Shown here: one piece after another, positions 29,353-37,342 of the stretch
Position numbering within the stretch: the stretch's first letter is position 1
How the letters are laid out: each line of letters opens with the position of its first letter
Source: Clostridiales bacterium
GTDB taxonomy: Bacteria > Bacillota > Clostridia > TANB77 > CAG-508
Assembly: GCA_015056485.1 (NCBI GenBank)
Contig: SVGD01000004.1
Coordinates: 37,460-101,459, forward strand
Length of the DNA: 64,000 bases
Direction of reading: 5' to 3'
Notes under the pieces: model-generated
The model's input: only the letters and a program-made list of their open reading frames with translations
Told to the model about the DNA's origin: nothing
The model's database searches: none
Program-made: the position numbers and the translations under genes

Positions 29353-29721
29353 CTAAGCTCCAGCTATTTTCATTCCAAATTCATATAATATTTCAACAAA
29401 TGCTGATGCTGCAAAAAGCATTACTGCTCCTAAAAGATATGGTATCATAGATTTTTTATAACTCGCCTTTTCCTCAACAGAACCCAACATATATTTAATG
29501 CCCAATATTATAAGTATAGCAACTGAAACAATTATACCTACAACTTGTATTACACCTAAAATTGTATTACCTGCTCCAATAAGTATTGCTCCTCCTTGTA
29601 ATGGGTCCGGTTCATATTCCTCAGGATCAAAACTTGCACTAACAGTTGGCATTATTGTTATAATTATTAAAAAAATTAATAGTAATATTAGACTTTTCTT
29701 TTTTAAATTCATAAAAATCAC
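29353..29721 (-). CDS. TrbC/VirB2-like pilin 1
   Basis: LGIKYMLGSVEEKASYKKSMIPYLLGAVMLFAA. Confidence 0.88.
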   Translation of the reverse strand: MIFMNLKKKSLILLLIFLIIITIMPTVSASFDPEEYEPDPLQGGAILIGAGNTILGVIQVVGIIVSVAILIILGIKYMLGSVEEKASYKKSMIPYLLGAVMLFAASAFVEILYEFGMKIAGA

Positions 29722-29867
29722 CTATTTTTTTCTTTAACATCTATATTATACCACATAAAAACATATTTTTCAACACTTTATGTGTACTATTTCAAATATT
29801 CATATGCATTTTAACATATGTTTTATTATTTTGCAAATGAAATTTAATAAAATTTAGTGAATTATAC

Positions 29868-29916
29868 GTAGGGGTCGGTCTCGACCGACCCTGGGCAGGT
29901 CAAGACCTGCCCCTAC
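29868..29916. repeat. REP doublet subtype D (two different hairpins joined by 1 nt)
   Basis: GTAGGGGTCGGTCTCGACCGACCC-T-GGGCAGGTCAAGACCTGCCCCTAC; near-identical at 37174 and 50455. Confidence 0.9.
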
Positions 29917-29949
29917 AATAATTTTATTCCAAACAAAAAAAGAGCGTAA

Positions 29950-30099
29950 TTACGCTCTTTTATCTATCTCATTTTTATAATATTTTATTATTAATTCATC
30001 TAATTCTACACTTATTTTATAAATTTCATCATAAGGTCTTTTGTTTTGTATGCTTTCATCTAATTTTTTTCTTAGTTCCTTAATTTCATCATTAATCAT
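29950..30099 (-). CDS. Spo0E-like aspartyl-phosphate phosphatase (49 aa)
   Basis: Not in ORF track; MINDEIKELRKKLDESIQNKRPYDEIYKISVELDELIIKYYKNEIDKRA with SxxLD motif, AGGAGAGG RBS, terminator hairpin over the stop. Confidence 0.85.
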   Translation of the reverse strand: MINDEIKELRKKLDESIQNKRPYDEIYKISVELDELIIKYYKNEIDKRA

Positions 30100-30228
30100 A
30101 CATACCTCTCCTTTTCTTATGTTTTTTCTTTAGTATGGTTTAAAAATAACATATTTTTACATCTTAGTCAATAAAAAAACAGCTAAAAAGCTGTGTTTAG
30201 GCTAATTTTCGTATGCCATATTTTTATA

Positions 30229-31032
30229 TTATTTAACATCTGTTTTTATTTTTTTATTTTTTATTTTTTTATATGTCAAAAAGAAAGATAAAGTGACAAA
30301 AATTGCTCCTGATAAAATTTGTGAAATTCTAACATTTCCCATCATTAAACTATCTACTCTTACACCTTCAATCAACATTCTAAAAAAAGAATACAAAATT
30401 AAGTAAATTACTGTCAATTCACCTTTGAATTTTCTTTTTGTTGTTATTTTTTGAAGTATAATAAATATTCCTAAAGTAATTATTGATTCATATAAAAAAG
30501 TAGGGTGAACTTCTATGTATTTTCCTGCTTCATATATACCCATTCTACAGAAAATTGAAGTTTCATATCCATAGGCTTCTACATTAAAAAAATTCCCCCA
30601 TCTTCCTATTGATTGTGCTAAAGCTAACGAAGGAACTATATAGTCAAATAAATCAAGTAAATTTATTTTTCTTTTTTTGCAAAAAATATAAGACGTTATT
30701 GCTCCGCCAATTATTCCACCATATATTGCTAGTCCTCCCGCTCTTAAATTGAAAATTTTCTCTGGTGCCACTATATAACTATCTAAATTAAATAACACAT
30801 AATATAATCTTGCTGATATTATTGATATTGGTATTAAAAAAATTAGCAAATCTAAAATTACAGAGAAATCTATTCCAAATTTTCTTTCATTTTTTTTGCA
30901 TACTAATAATGCAATAATAATTGATGAAACTATTATTATTGCATACCAGTATATTTTTATACCAAAAATTTCAAAAGCAACCCTTGGTATTTCCATTTTT
31001 AAATTAAATAACGGGAATGTGATTTGATTCAT
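30229..31032 (-). CDS. lgt: Prolipoprotein diacylglyceryl transferase
   Basis: IYWYAII, ARLYYV, GGLAIYGG, QSIGRWGNFFNVEAYG, HPTFLYES. Confidence 0.96.
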   Translation of the reverse strand: MNQITFPLFNLKMEIPRVAFEIFGIKIYWYAIIIVSSIIIALLVCKKNERKFGIDFSVILDLLIFLIPISIISARLYYVLFNLDSYIVAPEKIFNLRAGGLAIYGGIIGGAITSYIFCKKRKINLLDLFDYIVPSLALAQSIGRWGNFFNVEAYGYETSIFCRMGIYEAGKYIEVHPTFLYESIITLGIFIILQKITTKRKFKGELTVIYLILYSFFRMLIEGVRVDSLMMGNVRISQILSGAIFVTLSFFLTYKKIKNKKIKTDVK

Positions 31033-31060
31033 TTTAAAATTCCTTTATTTTAATATATTT

Positions 31061-31084
31061 CGGACGGCTGATAGCCGCCCCTAC
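31061..31084 (-). repeat. REP subtype E (GTAGGGGCGGCTATCAGCCGTCCG)
   Basis: GTAG plus hairpin, same outer frame as subtype A. Confidence 0.85.
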
Positions 31085-31088
31085 AATA

Positions 31089-32393
31089 TTATTTTGCATT
31101 TGGTTTTATTATTGATATTATAGTTCTATCTTCCCTAAATGTTTCTTCTAATATTTGTTTTGCATATTCTATTGTTATTTCATTAAAGTTTTCTAAATAA
31201 TCAAAACTATTAATATTTTTAAAATAATCAGATACAAACATTCTAACTATATCTGAAACATTATTATATTCCTTTACGTATGCTCCATAAATCATCTTTT
31301 TAACTCTTTCGAATTGTTCTTCATTTATTCCATTTTGTTTCATTTCTTTTATTGCATTTTGAAGTTCTTTTAATATTGTTTCTGGTTCTTTAGATTGTCC
31401 TGTTATTGCCACATGTGCATAATTTTTTGAAAATTCATATTCAACATATGGCTCTGACATTAACAACATTTTATTATATAATTCTTTATATAATTTTGAA
31501 CTTTTTCCTATCAACATATTAAGAAGAATTTCTATAGTCATATGTTTTTTTGCTGTTATTTCAGTTTCAACGCCTTCAAAATCTTTTATTCCTATTACAA
31601 ATAAAGGCATACTTACTTCCATTTGCTTTTCTATTTTGTTTTGTACAATTTCTGCTGGTTCATTTTCCAATATTCTGTTTATTTCTTCTTGTTCCTCTTT
31701 TTTTATTAATCTTTTTTTGATTTCTTCTAATAACTCTCCTGGTTCAAAATCTCCTGCTACACCCATTACCATATTAGAAGGATGATAAAAAGTATTATAG
31801 CATTTATATAAAACTTCTTTATCAATTTTCGCAATTGATTCAATTGAACCAGCTATATCTATTTTTATTGGATTATTTTTATACATTGCTTTCATTGCAT
31901 TCATGTATACTGCCCATTCAGGATAATCATCATACATCATTATTTCTTGTCCAATAATCCCTTTTTCCTTTTCAACATTTTCATCTGTAAAATATGGATG
32001 TTGAACATAGTCCATAAGTTCATCTAATGCAGGTTCGAAATTGTCTGTACATTCAAATAAATAAGCTGTATGATTAGTTGTTGTATATGCATTTGCATTA
32101 ACACCTAATGCTGTTAATGTATCTAGACTATTTGTTCCATTTGGTTGTTCAAACATTTTGTGTTCTAAATAATGAGCAATACCTTCCGGAACCTCTGTTT
32201 CTTCTTTTTCTCCGGGAACCACAAATCTATTATCCATTGAACCGTAGTTTGTAGCCCACATTATATATTTTTTTTGTATACCTTTTTTAGGCATAATCAT
32301 TATAGTTAGTCCATTTTCTAGTTTTTCTATATATAGATTTTCTTTAACTTTAGAATTTTCAATTATTTGCATTTGGCGACTCCTTTGTTTCAA
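31089..32393 (-). CDS. ymfH: M16 family zinc peptidase (YmfH-like)
   Basis: GIAHYLEHKMF (HxxEH), NAYT, VEKEKGIIGQEI; true start may be 32372 (MQIIE). Confidence 0.9.
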   Translation of the reverse strand: MKQRSRQMQIIENSKVKENLYIEKLENGLTIMIMPKKGIQKKYIMWATNYGSMDNRFVVPGEKEETEVPEGIAHYLEHKMFEQPNGTNSLDTLTALGVNANAYTTTNHTAYLFECTDNFEPALDELMDYVQHPYFTDENVEKEKGIIGQEIMMYDDYPEWAVYMNAMKAMYKNNPIKIDIAGSIESIAKIDKEVLYKCYNTFYHPSNMVMGVAGDFEPGELLEEIKKRLIKKEEQEEINRILENEPAEIVQNKIEKQMEVSMPLFVIGIKDFEGVETEITAKKHMTIEILLNMLIGKSSKLYKELYNKMLLMSEPYVEYEFSKNYAHVAITGQSKEPETILKELQNAIKEMKQNGINEEQFERVKKMIYGAYVKEYNNVSDIVRMFVSDYFKNINSFDYLENFNEITIEYAKQILEETFREDRTIISIIKPNAK

Positions 32394-32403
32394 TTTTTGT
32401 AAT

Positions 32404-32488
32404 GTAGGGGGCGCCGCCCTCGGCGACCCGATTTACATTTTTATATCACGCATTATTTTTTCGGGTTGCCGAGGGCGGCAACCCCTAC
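32404..32488. repeat. REPIN-like inverted pair of subtype C REPs
   Basis: GTAGGGGGCGCCGCCCTCGGCGACCCG ... CGGGTTGCCGAGGGCGGCAACCCCTAC. Confidence 0.88.
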
Positions 32489-32497
32489 AATATTTTT

Positions 32498-33772
32498 TTA
32501 ATTCCTCAAAAAATAAATTGTGTTTATTTTAATTTGTTTTGCAATGTCTTCTACTTGTTCCTTTGTTACTGCATTTATTTTATCCATATATTCTTGGAAT
32601 GTTACCAATGTTCCTGATAATTCTTGTCCCAAATAATACGTAATTTCTGAATCTTGTTCGTCCTGTAACGTTTCTAACCCAGAAATCATATATTTTTTTG
32701 CATTTACTAAATCTTCATCTGTAAAATTACCATTTTTCATATCTTCTAATTGTTCTTTTATAATTTCTACTGCTTTTTCATAATTTGGTATTTCAATTCC
32801 GCATCTTATGAATATATTATTTTTTTGATATACATAGTTTGACCTTGTCGTATATGCTAGACTCGCTTTTTCCCTAACATTTTGGAACAATTTAGATGTC
32901 GCACTTTCTCCTAAAATAACATTATATATTTTAGTAATATATTTTGCTCCTAACTCATTATTAAATATATCTAATCCTAAAATTAATTTTCCCTGAGTTA
33001 CATCCATCTTTTCTTCTAAGGTTGTTATTTCCGTTTCTTCTTTTATTTCTGTTTGTTCATTATTTAAAATATATTTTCCTTCTCTGTCCTGCAATTTATT
33101 TATATTTTCATTCTTTGAAATTAATTCAAATACTGAATTTGGTTCTATGTTTCCAGATATAAATATATCCATTTTGTAATTATTAATAACATTTATATAT
33201 TGTTCATACAGGTCTTTTGCACCTATTTTTTCTAAATCTTCTATTGTTCCATATTTATATAAACCATACGGTTTGTCTTTATACATTTCTTCTATACATC
33301 TATTAAATGCATACCTATCCTTATTGTCTATTTTAGAATTAATCAATGTCTTCATGTTTTCTTTTTCTGTAACTAAATATTCTTCTTTAAATCCTTCATT
33401 CTCAATATATGGATTTAAAATTAAGTCGAATAATAAATTTGTTGCTTGTTCTAAAAGATTTTCTTTAGTTGGTACATACTCATCATTCAATGTTTCCATA
33501 TAAAATTTCAACACTAGATTATCCCCTATTTTATCTATACCACAATCAAATGTTGCTCCATAAAGTTCCTCTAATTTTATATTTATTTCTTCTTGTGTTT
33601 TTAAATTAGCTGTTCCCTGTCTTAAAATTGCTGGTATAAGCGCATTTTTTGTTACTGTGTTTTTAGATAAAGGAATTGTTATAAAAAATGTAAATAAATT
33701 TGTTTTGAATTTTTTTGTATCTATACAATGTAAATTAATTCCTTGTTTTAATTCTTTTGAAATATATGACAT
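32498..33772 (-). CDS. ymfF: M16 family non-catalytic peptidase subunit (YmfF-like)
   Basis: KKFKTN, LEELYGA, QGKLILG, SKLFQNVREKASLAY; paired with ymfH; no HxxEH. Confidence 0.9.
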   Translation of the reverse strand: MSYISKELKQGINLHCIDTKKFKTNLFTFFITIPLSKNTVTKNALIPAILRQGTANLKTQEEINIKLEELYGATFDCGIDKIGDNLVLKFYMETLNDEYVPTKENLLEQATNLLFDLILNPYIENEGFKEEYLVTEKENMKTLINSKIDNKDRYAFNRCIEEMYKDKPYGLYKYGTIEDLEKIGAKDLYEQYINVINNYKMDIFISGNIEPNSVFELISKNENINKLQDREGKYILNNEQTEIKEETEITTLEEKMDVTQGKLILGLDIFNNELGAKYITKIYNVILGESATSKLFQNVREKASLAYTTRSNYVYQKNNIFIRCGIEIPNYEKAVEIIKEQLEDMKNGNFTDEDLVNAKKYMISGLETLQDEQDSEITYYLGQELSGTLVTFQEYMDKINAVTKEQVEDIAKQIKINTIYFLRN

Positions 33773-33842
33773 GAAAGTTCTCCTTTTTTATAATAATCAT
33801 TATGTTTATATTTTCTAATTTTCATAATTGTTTATTTTCAAT

Positions 33843-33938
33843 TAGAAGTGAGATGTGCGAGGTGTGAGGTGTGATTTTAGTTTTCACTTCATAGACATTA
33901 CTAAAATTTCGCACATCACACATCCCACTTCTCACTTC
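33843..33938. repeat. Inverted heptamer-array element (second copy)
   Basis: AAGTGAG ATGTGCG AGGTGTG AGGTGTG ... CGCACAT CACACAT CCCACTT CTCACTT. Confidence 0.8.
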
Positions 33939-33976
33939 ACCTTATATTATTTTCCTTAAATGTATTTTTATTCAAT

Positions 33977-34417
33977 TTATTTCAATAATTCTCTTACTAC
34001 TTCGTTTATTGTTTTTCCGTCTGCAGATGCTCCCATTTTTTCCTTTGCACTTTTCATAACTGTTCCCATATCTTTTATTGTTGTTGCACCTGTTTCTTCA
34101 ATTATAACCTTTACAATTTCAGTAATTTCTTCCTTTGTTAATTGTTTAGGTAAATATTCTGAAACTATTTCGATTTCTGCTTTTATTTTTTCAACTAAAT
34201 CTTCTCTTCCACTTTTTTCATAATCTGCTAAAGAGTCTTTTCTTTTTTTAGCTTCTTTTGCTATTATTTCTAAAATTTGATTATCTTCTAATTCGATTTG
34301 TTTATCTTTTTCTACTTGTAACACTGCAGCTCTAATCATTTGAACTACATTCTTTTTTAATTCTTGTTTTTCCTTCATAGCAATTTTTAAATCTTCTAAC
34401 AATTTTTCTTTTAACAT
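33977..34417 (-). CDS. yqeY: YqeY/GatB-domain protein
   Basis: MLKEKLLEDLKIAMK...KEAKKRKDS..Y.K.GREDL...YLPKQLT...DMGTVM...ADGK; start 34417 after AGGAGG; follows rpsU. Confidence 0.93.
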   Translation of the reverse strand: MLKEKLLEDLKIAMKEKQELKKNVVQMIRAAVLQVEKDKQIELEDNQILEIIAKEAKKRKDSLADYEKSGREDLVEKIKAEIEIVSEYLPKQLTKEEITEIVKVIIEETGATTIKDMGTVMKSAKEKMGASADGKTINEVVRELLK

Positions 34418-34441
34418 ATATTTTCCTCCTTTCAAAAATTT

Positions 34442-34505
34442 GTAGGGGTCGCCGCCCTCGGCGACCCTGATATTTTTTCGGGTCGCTGAGGGCAGCGACC
34501 CCTAC
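34442..34505. repeat. REPIN-like inverted pair of subtype C REPs
   Basis: GTAGGGGTCGCCGCCCTCGGCGACCC ... GGGTCGCTGAGGGCAGCGACCCCTAC. Confidence 0.9.
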
Positions 34506-34591
34506 ACATTTATAATATATAAATTTATGTCCTAATATAAATTAAAAGGCGAAAAGTTTTTATTTAACCTTCTCACCTCTTTCATTATATT

Positions 34592-34762
34592 TTAAAATTT
34601 TCTTTTTCTTGCTGCTTCTGATTTTTTCTTTCTTTTTACACTTGGTTTTTCATAGTGTTCTCTTTTTCTTACTTCTTGTAAAACACCATTTCTAACGCAT
34701 TGTCTTTTAAATCTTTTTAATGCGTCTTCTATATTTCCATTATTAACTTTAATCTCTGACAT
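34592..34762 (-). CDS. rpsU: 30S ribosomal protein S21
   Basis: Not in ORF track; [66 protein letters not shown]. Confidence 0.97.
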   Translation of the reverse strand: MSEIKVNNGNIEDALKRFKRQCVRNGVLQEVRKREHYEKPSVKRKKKSEAARKRKF

Positions 34763-34991
34763 TTACTTTCCCTCCCCTCGATATTGCACTTTTTTCCATG
34801 CTGTGGGATAATTCACTTTTTGTATTATATAGAAAAAGCTCTTTAATGTCAATAGTTATAGGTGATTTTTATGAATTATGTTATTAAATTTAATAAAAAA
34901 TTTCAATTGAATGTTGTTATTTGCATTATTTTACATAAAGTGTTATAATTGTTCAGTAACAAATTAATAATTTATTTAGGGAGGATTCAGA

Positions 34992-36041
34992 ATGCTGGAA
35001 ATCCAAAAAACAATTGTAAACAAAAACGGTGAACGGTTAGTATTCGACGATATTACTGAACTCAATTCATCTAAGCCCTTTTATCTTACTAAGTCAGGAG
35101 AACTATTAGGAATATTGAACTCAGATGGTATTGAAATTATCAAACCCTCTTATGATTCTATTAGTATGACAAAATACGGGTTCTTCATTGTAGGAAAAAA
35201 TAATTTATATGGTCTTGTCAATCCTTCAGGTCAAATATGTATTCGTGTATCTTACGATTACATAAGCAATTGTTGCATCAATGGAATGGTTGAAATAAAA
35301 AAAGGTGAAAAAATTGGTTTTGCCAATATAAATACTTTTTTCATAATAGAACCTATCTATGATTCAGCAACTTCTTTTGAGAAAGGATTTTCCAAAGTTG
35401 ATATTGAAGGTAAATACGGTCTTATAAACAAGCTTGGAGTTGAATGTATACCTTTATCTTATGATTACATAAGTGATTGCTGCATTAATGAAATGTTTGA
35501 AATAAAAAAAGGCGAGAAAATTGGTTTTGCCAATATAAACACATTTTTTATAATAGAACCTATTTATGATTCAGCAACTTCCTTTGATGAAAAAGGTGTA
35601 TCAAAAGTTAAAATAGAAGGAAAATATGGATTTATAAACAAACTCGGAGTCCAATTTATACCATTAATTTATGACTGGATTTATGAACCTTATAATGGTG
35701 TTGCAAGAACCAAACTCAACAATAAATACGGTTGCATTTCTTATGGAGAATTTGAAATCTTTAAGCCTGAATATGATGAAGTAAGCGATTCTGATGATAA
35801 TGTCGTTTTCGCAAGAAAAGGGAATTTGTATTACTGTTCAAGCAAGGATAGAAAAAGAATCTTTATTCTTGATACTAATCAAGGAATTATACATACTGGT
35901 ATAGGATTCACAAAAATCCCTTATGAATGGTGTGAAGAATATATTCAATTTGATTGCGGAATATCTGTTATTAAGCAAGACGGCAAATTCAGATGCGTTG
36001 ATGCCAACCAGCACCCCTTAGTTACGTTTTACAATAATTAA
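34992..36041 (+). CDS. WG-repeat protein with 207-bp internal tandem duplication (orphan-type; one in-frame CGG)
   Basis: Repeated GKYGxINKLG..IP..YD units; AGGAGG RBS; TTGCAT-N17-TATAAT promoter. Confidence 0.85.
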   Translation: MLEIQKTIVNKNGERLVFDDITELNSSKPFYLTKSGELLGILNSDGIEIIKPSYDSISMTKYGFFIVGKNNLYGLVNPSGQICIRVSYDYISNCCINGMVEIKKGEKIGFANINTFFIIEPIYDSATSFEKGFSKVDIEGKYGLINKLGVECIPLSYDYISDCCINEMFEIKKGEKIGFANINTFFIIEPIYDSATSFDEKGVSKVKIEGKYGFINKLGVQFIPLIYDWIYEPYNGVARTKLNNKYGCISYGEFEIFKPEYDEVSDSDDNVVFARKGNLYYCSSKDRKRIFILDTNQGIIHTGIGFTKIPYEWCEEYIQFDCGISVIKQDGKFRCVDANQHPLVTFYNN

Positions 36042-36050
36042 TGTTACACA

Positions 36051-36075
36051 GAAAGCACCCTTACGGGTGCTTTCT
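36051..36075. terminator. Bidirectional terminator
   Basis: GAAAGCACCC-TTAC-GGGTGCTTTC between convergent genes. Confidence 0.8.
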
Positions 36076-36087
36076 TGTTTTATTTAT

Positions 36088-37041
36088 CTATTTATCATAT
36101 TCAAATAAATCTCCTAGAGGTTTTGCCTCGTTTAATCTTTTTATAGCTTCTGCAAATAATGGAGCTATTGATACAACTTTTATTTTATCTATCATTTTTT
36201 CTGGTTCAATTGGAATAGTATTTGTTACAACAACTTCTTTTATTGGAGAATTTTGAATTCTTTCTATAGCTGGTCCTACTAAAACTCCATGAGTAGCTCC
36301 TGCATATATTTCTTTTGCTCCATGTTCTTTTAATATATTTGCAGCTTCAACTAATGTTCCTGCTGTACTTATTTCATCATCAAATATTAATGCTGTTTTT
36401 CCTTCTATATCTCCTATTATATTTGTTGCAACTGCATTATCATTATTTGATTCTCTTCTTTTATCTATTAATGCTAAAGGACATTCAAAATAGTGTGAAT
36501 ATTTATATGCTTTTTTTGAGCTTCCTGCATCTGTTGCAACTACTACCATGTTTTCTAATTGTTTTTCCTCAAAATATTTTTCTAATAAGTGTTTAGCAGT
36601 TACTCTATCACATATAACATTAAAATATGCTTGAATTGCTGGATTGTGTAAATCGCATGTTAATACATGGTCTACTCCTGCTGCTTCTAATATTGTTGCC
36701 ATTAATTTTGCTGTTACTGGCACTCTAGATTGATCTTTTTTATCTGATCTTGAATACATAAAATATGGTAAAACAGCTGTTATTCTTCTTGCTCCTGCTC
36801 TTTTTGCAGCTTCTACTGTTATTAATAATTCCATTATTCTTTCATTTACTGGTGGTTCAGTTGTTTGTACTATATATACATCTTGTTCTCTTACAGTTTC
36901 TTTTAATTGAACAAAACTGTTATCATTTGCGAATTTAAATGAATCTTTTTTTCCCATTGGTATTCCAAGGCAATCACATATTTCTTGTGTAAATGCTTCT
37001 GCTGAATTACAAGCAAATACTTTAATGTTTTCCATTATCAT
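36088..37041 (-). CDS. prs: Ribose-phosphate pyrophosphokinase
   Basis: ITAVLPYFMYSRSDKK, CDLHNP, TDAG, IDKRR, IFDDEISTAGTL, ATHGV, VTNTI. Confidence 0.95.
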   Translation of the reverse strand: MIMENIKVFACNSAEAFTQEICDCLGIPMGKKDSFKFANDNSFVQLKETVREQDVYIVQTTEPPVNERIMELLITVEAAKRAGARRITAVLPYFMYSRSDKKDQSRVPVTAKLMATILEAAGVDHVLTCDLHNPAIQAYFNVICDRVTAKHLLEKYFEEKQLENMVVVATDAGSSKKAYKYSHYFECPLALIDKRRESNNDNAVATNIIGDIEGKTALIFDDEISTAGTLVEAANILKEHGAKEIYAGATHGVLVGPAIERIQNSPIKEVVVTNTIPIEPEKMIDKIKVVSIAPLFAEAIKRLNEAKPLGDLFEYDK

Positions 37042-37173
37042 TTCCCCCTATTTTTTTCGTTTTTTATGTCGAAATTTTTACTATTAGATTGTAACATTTG
37101 TTTTCTATAAATTCAATAATATTTGAGGATTTTGTTGAAAAATATTAATATTGTTTATTATAAATAATATTTT

Positions 37174-37222
37174 GTAGGGGCAGGTCTTGACCTGCCCTGG
37201 GTCGGTCAAGACCGACCCCTAC
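37174..37222. repeat. REP doublet subtype D
   Basis: GTAGGGGCAGGTCTTGACCTGCCC-T-GGGTCGGTCAAGACCGACCCCTAC. Confidence 0.9.
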
Positions 37223-37310
37223 ACTAATAAATTAACAATAAAAAAGAAATTGCTTTTAAAAAGCAATTTCTAACCACCACTATTCACTATTCATTATTCA
37301 CCATTCATAA

Positions 37311-37338
37311 AAAAACCGCTCACAAATGAGCGGTTTTT
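37311..37338 (-). terminator. rpoC terminator
   Basis: AAAAACCGCTCA-CAAA-TGAGCGGTTTTT just past the rpoC stop. Confidence 0.85.
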
Positions 37339-37342
37339 ATAA

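Noticed and set aside
15464..29721. Integrative conjugative element or prophage
   Set aside because: No integrase, relaxase, coupling protein, phage structural genes or att repeats seen; composition matches the host. The lysozyme domain alone is not phage evidence.
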